Positions 13,298 to 25,500 of a stretch of DNA of 64,000 nucleotides are shown in pieces; position 1 is the stretch's first letter, and each line of letters starts with the position of its first letter. The position numbers were made by a program, and so were the translations under genes. The notes under the pieces are model-generated. The model worked only from the letters and a program-made list of their open reading frames with translations, made no database searches and was not told the origin of the DNA. Source of the DNA: Tubulanus polymorphus (Eukaryota > Animalia > Nemertea); NCBI RefSeq assembly GCF_964204645.1, contig NC_134030.1, positions 10,313,947 through 10,377,946 on the forward strand, in the 5' to 3' direction.

Positions 13298-16200
13298 TAC
13301 GCAATAGGGATCAATTTGAACACTTTCTTTCGTATTTCTTCAACGAAACTCGAAAAGATTCAACTCATTACACTGATAGCGCTTTTCAGAAGTCGGCAGC
13401 CCAGGATTGAATGAATCTTTCCGTGAAAGATTGTTTGGCGGCGGAAAATTTGCTTGCTTAGCGTTCCGCTTCTAGTAGTAGTACGTCGAGTAAATTTCGT
13501 ATCGTTGAATCAGAGCAATGATACTGTACGTAGTAATCGAAAAAAATCAGTTTATATTTTTCTACCGCTGTTCGTTAACGTGTTATTATGTAGACCATTC
13601 TTCTTTTTCGTACAAATGCCTGTATTGGTCGTCCGCTATGTATTATATATGTATGTATCCGTTGCTTTTCTTCTGCACAGCTGACTAACGCGCTTTTTCT
13701 CTCGCTCATCATATATAGAGTAATGATCGGGGATATATTCGGCTGTTTTTTTTTTCGAATTCGTTACATGACAATGTTGGCTCCGCTCGCGACAATTTTC
13801 CATGTAAATAGATTCTACCCGAGTGTACTAGGTTAATTAAGCCAATCAAAAATTGATACCTCATTTCTATATAAATGAAGTTGATAACAAATTTTATTGC
13901 GGTTCACTAAAGTGACCCGGCTGATTAGGAGAAAGAAGAGATCATTCTATTTTAGCCTCAGCCTTAGTCGAAACGATTCATCATGACTTCTTCGTTGAGA
14001 TTTTTAGCGTATATTCAAGAAACTGTTGCAAATTTTGAAGCGCGTCGTCGCTAGGCCCGACTATGGCTAAATTCGTAATGAACTGATTAAGTTTTTTTGT
14101 ATAATTGTGGTCAGGGGTCCCAGAATTGATTCCGATGTTTATCTGCATCTTGCGCATTTTTTGGGTCTTTGAAAAAACGCCCCCACATTTTTGAGTTGCC
14201 CTAAAGCCGTATTTATTCTCTATAAGAAAAGCCAAAACTTGGCTAGATGTCTTAAAACTTGGCTAGATGTCTTAAATCCTCCCCAGCAGGGATTCAAATG
14301 TCGGCCTGGTTTGCGTTATTGGTTATTCAGTTATCGCTCCTCAAATTCTTGCATTTTGATTAAATTGGAATCAACTTTTCCCCAATCACTTAGAGGCCAA
14401 TTCGAACTGATATCCGATTTGACTTATAATTTTTGAATTTGGGGGCCTGAAAATCCAGTTTAGATTTCATCGAAAAGGACGTAACTTTCACTGGGTATTA
14501 ACAAATTTGCTGGTGTGCACCGGCACTTTATTCTCGATAGCATCGTGTGTGAAGGTCTAGCACAGGTTGTGCATTTATCGCATACGTTTCATAGACCCAA
14601 TAGAATTTCCTGTCGTATTTATATACGCTCGTACGTGAAAATCATAATCCTTCGCCTTACTCGGACAAACTGGGACCGGCAACATTGGTCCCAGGTAATC
14701 AGGAAATGCCCGAGGATGGGATAATTAACTGTAAAATGATACCTGGGTCCAGTAGTGTTGAATTCTTTGTATGAATATGAGATGGTCGTCAATATTTTGT
14801 TTTTGTAAAACTGGGCCTCGGTTTTTGTTAGGTTAACAAAAACATCATATACCGATGCTTGAATAACAGTTTGTCTTTGGTATGACGGTAGTCTCGACGC
14901 GATGCCTACGGTTTCCAATCCCTGCTCGCGGCGGAACGTCGTAATGCAGTCTTGTAGATATTATTTAAACGTTCTTGCAATGAACTTTCGCTGAAAAAAA
15001 GAAAACTTGATTATCGGAAATCGAGTGATAATATGTAGAATATGTCTTATTTAATTATAGTCTTATTTTATTTTAACTTGTAATCTGAAGGTTGTGATAA
15101 TATGATCGTGTGTGTTTCCGAAGACAATTCTCATTTAGTTTTTTATTGAATATATGAATTTTATTTAAGTATTTTTCATATTGTGAAAAATATTTTTTCA
15201 AAATATTAAATCGTTTCCCTAACTACTTGTACCCTACCAAATTTTGGTCATGGACCGTAAACAAATGTAAATATTTGGCCTTATTTGACTATAAAATGAT
15301 CCTTTGAAAAAGATAGAATACAATAAAAAGTAGAACTTTGGACTCAAGAATTGAAAAGATTTTTCATAAGCAATGATGCCCTTGCTCCAAACAAGCTTCA
15401 GTTTTCAAGGTGAACCACTTTGCCCATGGGCAAGTTATTATTAAATGCGCAAGTGATGTTTTTTGTCATCGATTGGTTGAACGCATTCTAGAAACGCATG
15501 CGCCATTCCTTTCTTATCTTTCACTCACCCCGTTAAAGGCTCGTGATGTTTTTGTGTCAATGAAAAATCGATCGTTCTGTTGTTATATCGGTAGATATTC
15601 ATTTTGTAAATATATTAAAGCAAGGAAATGAATTTTCAACCGTAGAATATTATCAAGATTGAAGATCTGCGGAAATGTTAACCTAATAGAGCCCTCTCCA
15701 ACGGCGGATCCAGAGGTTTTGCGAGACTTCTACAAGACCCGCGAAGTTTCGGGTGCCCATTTCAAAAGGCTTAAAACGTAATCTGAAAAGGGCAATTTCT
15801 GTAGAAAAATCCAAGGCACACTTATGTCGGAAGTTCCGGAAAAGGTCAAACGGGCGCTGCCAGAATACTCTGTTCATATCATTTGTTGTGAGAAATATAT
15901 GGTATGAGCCTTGCATAGTACGCCTGGATCCGCCCCTGTTTTCTAGAGATTGGCGAACATAAAAAGATGATGTGTAATCACGTAATTTGTTTCCGATAAA
16001 CAAGATTTATAAGAAACTTAGCTAGAGAGACGTAATCTTTTGCCGACTGAATTTTGTAATAGTGAAATTCATTTTATTAAAGGCCTTGTTAATCAAGATC
16101 CGAATTGTACCGAGTGAAGCTCGGTTTTACTTTATATGCGGCATAATTATTATGATTCACTGCTTAAACGCCGTTTTCACCCAAGAGATTCCATACGAGA

Positions 16201-16823
16201 TATGCAAGCGACTCAATTTTCTTCTCAATGACTCTTAAACATCTTCTTCGAAGGAGATAGGGTCCCCTGGGACCGGGTTGAGCAGTTCTGGCATTAGAAT
16301 TTGGCTTCAAATTGTTTTTTTTGCAAAAACCGTATAACAAGCTCAGTTGAGCTCAGTTGAGCTTGTTATAACTGCATGTCGTCGTACGTGAAGAAACGTT
16401 CACTTCATTTGTTGAAATTATGATTGTAATGTACATTCTGTAATAACGGTTTCCAGATTGTTTTATTGATATGAAGTTGTTCCTATTACTTGTAGGTGTG
16501 AATGACAGAACTATGTAATTACTTTACTAGCATAGAATATAGTGTATGGTATACTTTAGTAAAATATACAGTCTACTGTTATATATAAATATATATATAT
16601 AATTACTAATCAGTGAATCTAAGGAAAAACTATTTTGTTGAAATATAAAATGTGTATTATAACTGAAAAAGCTCAGCATCGTTGTTTTTTCGATGGGAGT
16701 ACTTCATTTGATCTAAAGGGAAGGTCGGCAGAGAAAAGTTTTCAGCTGTGATTCCAAGACCCATAAACCACATAGCTTTCCGATTCCGAGAATTGATTAA
16801 CGAGGCCTTAAAAAAAAACTAGC

Positions 16824-18656
16824 TTTTTAGCCCACTTGGGACTTTAGTCCCAACGGGCTATTGCGTTCACTTTTCGTCCGTCCATTCGTCCGTCCGTAGA
16901 CGGAATCCAGTTATTTTGGGAACTTTTGAAAATGCTTCAATGTAATGTCTTGATATTTGGTTTATACATGTATCTATCCTAGACACATCTTCAGCCCAAA
17001 AACTGGCCCTGTCAGAATCAAGATGGCTGACTGGCAGCCATTGTTGTTCGCCAAAATCAGCACTTTTCACACATTTTTGATGTTTTTGAGGGAAATTTTG
17101 AAGATGCTTTGATCAATTACCATGATCTTTCGGATATATTTGAATCTACCAAGGGTCCATCAGCATGAGAGAAATTGGGTCGATCGGACTAAAGATGGCC
17201 GTCCTATGACCTTTTTAGTGCCCAAAAATGTCAATTTTGGCCGGAATTCTGGGTCCTGTAGCTGCCTACTGGTTTGCCATTTCTCATTGCATTTTGTGAT
17301 GGGTATTCTTTGGAAAGGGATGTTTTATACCTGAGACAGGTATTTTTGATCAGCCAATTATGGCGCAATTGGCGGCCATCTTGGCGTCATCAGTACTCAT
17401 TCGTAGGTGGGAAAAAGTTTTTCCACATTATATTGATACCTAAGCGTATTTTGCTATCACAATCAATTAGAAAGTTGTAGCTCATAACGTGTTCTATGAT
17501 TTTGGTGAGTTTCAAGGTAATTGGATTTCGTATATGGCCACCAGGGGGCGTTGAATAATACAATATCTTAGCATTTCTTTATTATATTCGTACCTATGCA
17601 TATTTTGTAACCACAATCAATTGGAAAGTTGTAGCTCATGACATCATCTATGATTGTTGCGAGTTTTAAGGACATAAGTTTTTCTATATGGTCACCAGGG
17701 GGCGTTGAATAGTAGAATAACTTAGTATTTCCTTATTATATTGGTACCTAGGCATATTTTGTTACCATGATCAATTGCAAAGTTGTAGTTCATGACATGT
17801 TCTATGATTGTGGTGAGTTTCGAGGTCATTGGGTTTTGAATATGGTCACCAGGGGGCGTTGAATAGTAGAATGACTTAGTATTTCCATATTAAATCGGTA
17901 ACGAGGCATATTTTGTTATCACAATCAATTACAAAATCGTAGCTGCTGACATGTTCTATGATTGTGGTGAGTTTCAAGGTCATTGGTTTTTGTAAATGGT
18001 CACCAGGGGGGGTTGAATGTTGAAATTGTTAGATTGTTGAGCATTTGAAACCACTTCCCAAGTGGGCATGGTGTCCCTGGACCCCTAGTTGTATATGGCC
18101 ACCAGGGGGCATTGAATAATACATAATATAATAACTTAATATAGTATTTCTATATTATATTTGTACCTTTGTGTATTTTGTTACCACAATCACTTGCAAA
18201 GTTGTAGCTCATTACATTGTCTATGATTGAGTTTCAAGGACATTAGTTATTCTATATGGTCACCAGGGGGCGTTGAATAGTAGAATAACTTAGTATTTCC
18301 TTATTAGATTGGTACCTAGGGATATTTTGTTACCACGATCAATTGCAAAGTTGTAGTTCATGACATGTGCTATGATTGTGGTGAGTTTCAAGGTCATTGG
18401 GCTTTGCATATGGTCACCAGGGGGCGTTGAATAGTAGAAAAAGTTAGTATTTCCATATTAAATTGGTAACGAGGCATATTTTGTTATCTCAATCAATTAA
18501 AAAATCGTAGCTGCTGACATGTTCTATGATTGTGGTGGGTTTCAAGGTCATTGTTTTTGTATATGGTCACCAGGGGCGTAATATATTGAAATTGTTAGAT
18601 TGTTGAGCATTTTAAACCACTTCCCAAGTTGGCATGGTGTCCCTGGACCCCTAGTT
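16824..18656 (+). mobile_element. Helentron-associated non-autonomous element (HINE/DINE-1-like) with a central 154-bp tandem array and a duplicated 3' half
   Basis: T-rich start, subTIR gcccacttggga (16830) with nearby inverted copy tcccaacgggcta, (tccg)n microsatellite about 16874-16897, 154-bp repeats, 3' subTIR tcccaagtgggc (18056), ending ..ggacccctagtt at 18090 and again at 18656. Confidence 0.8.
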
Positions 18657-19240
18657 TCTGATCGTCAACAAGGGAAAAGGATTTAGTAATCTACAGCGTC
18701 TATTAATGAATACCAACAATGTAACACGAAATTGTGAGTATTCTGACTTTCTAGGGGGTCTTTTTGCACTGGAACCCACCCAGTAGACCCCCTTTCACAG
18801 ATTGGAGGTTACAACATTCATCACCTTTCAATGGCTAGGACAATAAACTACTGCTTTGTGAAGTTCCAATGCCCTATATCCAATAGTTAGGAAGGTATGA
18901 GGATTTAGGCGTTAATCTCAACATAAAAATCACCTGGCACACACAGGACTTGGAATTTAAGCTGCTGGCAGGTTAAGGGTTAAGATAAGTCTAAAGCCAA
19001 CTTTGTTCTAGAGCCAATCTAACAACATAAGTAGACCAGTCTTAAGATATAAGACCACTTTTAGACTTAAGAGTGATGAGTGTCCATCTGGGCCCAGGTA
19101 TTTTGTATAGTGCGCTACTACAATATATTTTCTAGCACTATGGTCCCAACAAGACTAGAGTAGTCCTTCCCCAAGTATCAATGCAAATAATATAATGAAA
19201 AGCAATACTCAAAATCTATTCGTTTATAACTAAAAAGTCT

Positions 19241-19246
19241 TTTATT
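19241..19246 (-). terminator. Candidate polyadenylation signal AATAAA of the SEL1L3-like gene
   Basis: tttatt on the + strand about 260 nt past the stop codon. Confidence 0.45.
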
Positions 19247-19507
19247 TCTGAAATAATTTCCCACGTTTATAATTGGAAGACAGCAGTTTCATTTCATTCG
19301 TCAGCAGTACATTGAGCAATTTCATATTCACATTTGAATACTAGTAAGCTTAGTATGAATCCTATATTTATATCTACGTATATCACATCCATTCTCGCAC
19401 AGTTTAAGTAGAAAGTCACTTCTGTAATTCTTAATACGGTAATAATACATGTAAACCATGTGTGTCAGCAGTTATCAAAAGTGGCGTCATCGCGGTTTGA
19501 AAACGAT

Positions 19508-22500
19508 TCAAACGGTATTCGCCTCTGGCCGTCGTTCTCGTAAATGAGCGCCGAATCCGAACATGGCGACAGCAGTTACAACGCTGATACCCAAAGCAGA
19601 TGAGAGCTAAAACGAGAAGAGAAAATTCACAATTATTGCAGTCGATCATCATCCAGATTTTACCTACGTTGACATCCTTGGTGGGATTAGAACCTGATGG
19701 CATTGAGACTCACCACATGAGTGTGCAGGTACATGCGCACTTGTCATGATGATGTCATTATAGCCAATCAGAAATTGTGTTTTATTTCAGCCCAGATTTT
19801 TCTATTTATAGTTTATCCATGAAATTTGCCTGAATTATACAACGGGCAATCTGATTGGTGCTGCTTTTCTTGGTGAAAGTTTTCTTGCGGTAAACCTGCA
19901 CATAGTGTACCTGTGCACTCCGTCTAGTGTGGCAGGGTTTGGTGCCACGGCCCGGTCTAACAATGCCATTAGGTTCAAATGCCGAGGGAGGATGCTATGT
20001 TCAAGACCTCGTCACAACTACACAAATACCACATAGTCCAAGTCCGTTATAATGCTGCCACCATTTTTAGTGCCACTGATCACTTAAAACGAACATTTTC
20101 AGTGAACATATTTGTCCGATCTAACCCAAATTCGATGGAAATACCATTCTGTTTAATGCCATGTATTTCATAAGTCCCAACAGTGTCATATATAAAGGAC
20201 TTTTACTCTATCAGCCATTATCACCATGCTTTCAAAAATTCACACTACAATATTGAATATCTGAAGAAATGGTTCCAAGCAGCAGATTGATACCTCGGAC
20301 AAGTGGTGTGTGGTGAAAAAACAACTCTCAGTTAAAGGTAAAGTTCATGAATTTTTCGTGATATTCATACACAAATTCTGCTTCAGCTGAGAAGACTTGT
20401 GAACATTTGTGAATACTATTATATTGCGCAACTACCGATATTTACCATTCAATAAATCAATTTCATTGTTCAATACCAGTGTACATTATATTCAACTTAA
20501 GACATTGAATAGAATCTCAAAATTGAGGTATCATACTATTTTTCTTAAACATCAAGAAGTTACTTATTTATCTAGGCTATTTTCAATCTTAATTTTTTTC
20601 TGTGGGATTTTATTCAATCGACAAAATGAAGGGTCTAACTGCAGTTTAGGTCACCTTTCCACTGTGTGGTGCTAGTGTTATTAAAGAAAAGTGCTATGGT
20701 TAGGTGAGGTACATGAAAAATGAAGAATGAAGCAATAAATCAGCATAACTTGACAACTTGTGATGGTCATTTCTTTACCTTTATAAGCGTATGATATCGA
20801 CTCCACATATCCATCGCTTGTACTTTGAACAATGCCAACTTGCACGGCACATAGGCTTCTGACTGATGCGATTCCTTACATCTGTAACAAATCAAAATAA
20901 TTACGTGCTAAAGAGTAAGTACATGTAAAGCGATATAAAGAAGGCACGGAGGTCTGTGGGCAAAGCGAATCATCAAAACACAAATCATCCGTTTCATGTT
21001 TCAGGTTTGTGTCTTGCTGATGATGATATTAATCAATACTTAGGCCACATACCGTGAGTAAAGTTCCATCATTAAAGTCGTATTTTTCTTGTATACTTCG
21101 CGCGGGATACGAAGATGTTGCCATACGTATTCAGGCACTTGAACACCACTCTCTACGATAGTTGCCAGATTAAACAGAGCCTGAAATTGTAAAACATCGT
21201 TTCACCGTATCATTATCGCAAAATTCCGGGCCCATTTGCTGAAAATTTGGTAAGGGGCTGTCCATAAAAGACGTCACCACAAAAGACTTAACTGAGTCCA
21301 ATTGTAACATTTTCAGCGATCATTGTGCATAACTTACATGCGGATCTCCTTTAGCTCCAGCTGCTCCATACCTTTCAGCTGCTAACGTCACATTTGGCGG
21401 TTCATGATGGCCATACCAATAATAATCACCCATCTTGATCAATGCTGGAACATTAAAGAATTTAGACTTAGGCTTTGGCCTTCCAATGCATACCTGTAAT
21501 ATAACAAGAATCCCACAACAATAACGAAACATTAGGTCTGAAATGTTTCCTTGAGCTAGTAGTTTATTCAACGTTTTGACTAGATCCTAATAGTCATATT
21601 CAGGAATACTGGTATATTGGAGTATTCCAACTACTAGCTCAAGGAAACATCTTCGGACTTTATTTTTCGTTATTATTGTGGGATTCTTGTTATATTATCA
21701 TCACAACATGAAGATAGTGCCTTATAGTGTCTCACAGCCCAGTTCTATGGACAGTTCTCTTTTTAGTGTGACTCTATAGAGTTATTCTTATCTCCATCTA
21801 TAATGATTAAACCCTCAATTCATATTTCAACCCAAAACTGGGGAACTGGTCCACATTGTTATAGTGGAACCTTGTTATAACAACCTCATTTATAACGATA
21901 TATCACTTAAAACCCTAGAACCTTGTCGCGAATAGGACAATTTCAATACGATGTATTTTCATACTGGATATAACTACATAATTGGTTAGGCCCCTATAAC
22001 AAACAGATTTTCCATTGGTCCCTTGAAGTTAGTTGTAACAAGGTTCTACTGTATGTAGTTAAAAATTTTGACTTACAGTATGGATTGATATGATGTGGCT
22101 GTCTTTGAATGGATATGTTGAATGATCTCCATACACAGTCTTTTTCGATATAACTAACAATGCCATCCTGAAAAATTTAACAAGTAGCCATATAAAGCTA
22201 GCCTCTTCGAGATTTCATGTTTCTTGTTTCCATTTTACCAGAGTTTCAATCAATTTCACAAAATTCATGGTTTTCGTACGTGAACATTCTGCCCTACCCG
22301 GGGCTGCCATGGTTGTATTGAATGAAGAACAAACAATAATAACAAATATAGCTGCAAAGCAGCGATAACGTGTTATCTGACAGCTGCTTCATAAGTAATC
22401 GGAATGATGGGAATTTTAGAAAATTGTATATTCTGCATTGACAAGATTTGAACCTAACATCAATGTTTAAAATGTAACTTAATTTTGAAACCAAACTTAC

Positions 22501-25500
22501 CCACATACTCAATTAATATAAATTGCTTTGACTTAGCATTTATTTTGGCATTCATCACATCGCTATCAAGAAACTCGATCGAATTAAGGAATGAATTAAT
22601 ACATTCTAAATTGATTTGAAATGGTCCAGGTATCAGGCCACTGTCGAAACTGGCTTTTAATACACGTTAACATATTAAAATACACTCCTGACTTCAATGA
22701 CTTTTTCTCGGATCGATCCAGCTTCATTGATTTACATATTCCTGCGTGCAGTGTGGTACATGTAGTAACGTTGAACTAACCAATTATAACGATAGGCCGG
22801 AATGTGACTCCAGGCACTAAAATGTTTTATTCGATATTAGTAATAAACTTGATGCATGACTTCCAACTTCAACTTTTATTCTCTCAGATCTATCCTGTGC
22901 TTTATTGACTCATGAATTACATTACTGCCGAGGGCGCTAGATTGATTGTTAAGTTAATCAAAACTTAACAATCGTTTATTACCGATAAGTAGTCGAATCT
23001 GAGAGAGGATACTTTTTTTTCGAAAAAGTGGAAAAATAACAATAATAATCAACAGAATAACAAAAGGGTTTTCTGTGAAAAAAGAAAACCCTAATAATAA
23101 TCAGCAGAATAACAATAGGGTTTCTCTATCGTGTGAATTGGTGCAATATCGACTTATATACAATTTTCTATATATTATTTGTAATATTATCGAAGTTCAA
23201 CATAACTTCACTGAATCTACATATATTTATATGTATATTACAGAGGTATTAAAAACATATTGCAACACAATTTCATAACACGTGAAATTAGTATATATTA
23301 AGGTGAAAGAAAAGAAGTACAGTAGACTCCGCTCCACTCGAATTCATTGGGACCAGAAGACAACCATCGAGTTAAGCGGAATTCGAGTTGGGGTTTTCGA
23401 CGAAAAAATTTTATCAAATAAATGGTATAAAATTAAAAAATTAAACCACAATAAAACATTCTGTAGCTACAGAGCTTGTTCGACAATAATATACAAACTA
23501 AAAGTAAATTCCGTCAAAGTAAAGCTTGTTTTTTGCCTATTTTTAACTCCAAAAATTTACTTGGTGCGAAGAGAAATGAACGCTCATGAACTGCCGCTTG
23601 AATCGTAATACCATGGCAAACTTTTTTGGCGCAAAAAGTAGAGAAAACGAACGATGCTAGAAAAATCGATAAACATGTGAACGGGAAACAGGCCGTCAAT
23701 TTTCGGGTTTAGGATCGCTAACCGTGCTGGAGATTGTGTACGTACTGAATGACTGAATGTCTCCATGAGCGATGTATTGTCTTCCGTACTACTGGTAAGT
23801 CTACTTATCAAAGCAGTAACACATGCATGTTTTGACCGATACTTGTGTTTGCTGCCAGGAGGTCGTTAAGATATTCGAGTTGAGAGGAGTGTGAACATAA
23901 CTTTGGTCAAAAATAGTTTGAGTTGAGCAACTTTGAGTAGAGTGAATTCAAATGTAGGGTTTGACATAGGAGACAGAAAAAAAATTTCATCATATGCCGA
24001 GTTGAACGGATTTTCAACTTAACCGGATTTGAGTTGAGAGGCTCCTACTGTAGTTTGTATTGGTGTTCTAAAAACTAAATTAGTAGTGAAATCTAATTAA
24101 AACTAGTTGATTCATACAGTAATGTCTGTCTCAACATTTTACTGAATAAATGAAAATGTTGTATCTAACTTGTAAAATCAATGGTTATTTGAATGAATTT
24201 CTACAGCCGATTTTCATACAGAAATATTCACGAATTTCTCGTCCCAGTAAAATGTATATGTAGAAATTTACCACAAAGTTACACATTTGAAACTGTGCAA
24301 ATATGTCGTAAAGAAAATCTCCTTGTTCCGGTGGAATTGGTAACAACGAAGTAATAGTGGTTGGAAGTGTAAAAATTGCAAATGCGAGTGAAACTGTTAC
24401 GAGCATTATTGTTGTACGTTTTGATTTTGTAGTTTTCTGATCAGATGAAACCATTTTCGAACCTCTGAATAACTGAATTATTATAACAGAATTTGATGTT
24501 ATAATTAAAGCTAAGGGCAGAAGGAAAATGTGGATGCTACTTGTGGTGAAAAGTATCGTTTGGTCCGATAATTTAAAGTAACATCCGAAAAACTCATCAG
24601 AAACACGCATCGATAAAATAGGTGTGAGATATAGAACCAGAAAATTTACTGTAGTAATTATCAATGTAGCGAATCTGGCGAATCGAGGTGTACATATCAA
24701 ACGAGATGTGAAAGGGAAGAGCACAACTGCCGCACGTTCTAGAGATATCGCTACTATAAACCACGAACTATTGAAGGCCGCAAATGCCATCAGAAATTCA
24801 TATATTTGACAATTGATCACTGTATTCATCAAGAATACAGGACCCTCTTTCACGTGTAAGAGAACAAACTGTAAAACAGGCATCAGTGTATAATTGAAGT
24901 TGTATATGGAATCACTGAGAGACAAAATGACGAGATAGTTAGCGTAAGACAAACTGCAGAATCTGCGACTTATCATTATCAGGAAAGTAGCCGAATTTCC
25001 AAACACTCCGAACAGGAACACAACAGGCAGAATGACCAGTGACACAGTGCGGTAGATTCCTGATCTGTTTACCACAGACATCAGAACAATGTAACTGCAA
25101 TAAGTTCGACCGATTTGAATCCGTGTAGAATTCATGATGATCAAATGAGAGTGTACTGACTGTCTGAGAACGTTCTGGAACTGACAGTGTCTTTTCCCAT
25201 ATTGGAAAATTAATTCAGCTATAACTATAGTCTTTACACTACGTTTACAATTCATTTGTAAGATTTACTGTTAACAGCGATCAGGAAATCAATTCTCTAA
25301 CACAATTTACTGAGATTTTGAGAAAGTTTACTATCATGTAAATATAAATGTAACTAAATTGAATATTCGTTGTACAAGAATTCATTGTAAATGGTGAAAT
25401 GTATTATGGTTGAATATCTGAACAGGTTGGAAATATCTATAAGTTCTGTACAAGGAAAACAGAGGAAAAATAGCATCAGCTCATTTTTCAACTACACAAA

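Noticed and set aside
25136-25255. 40-aa N-terminal extension of GPCR copy 1
   Set aside because: Not present in the paralogue; both proteins align from MNST.
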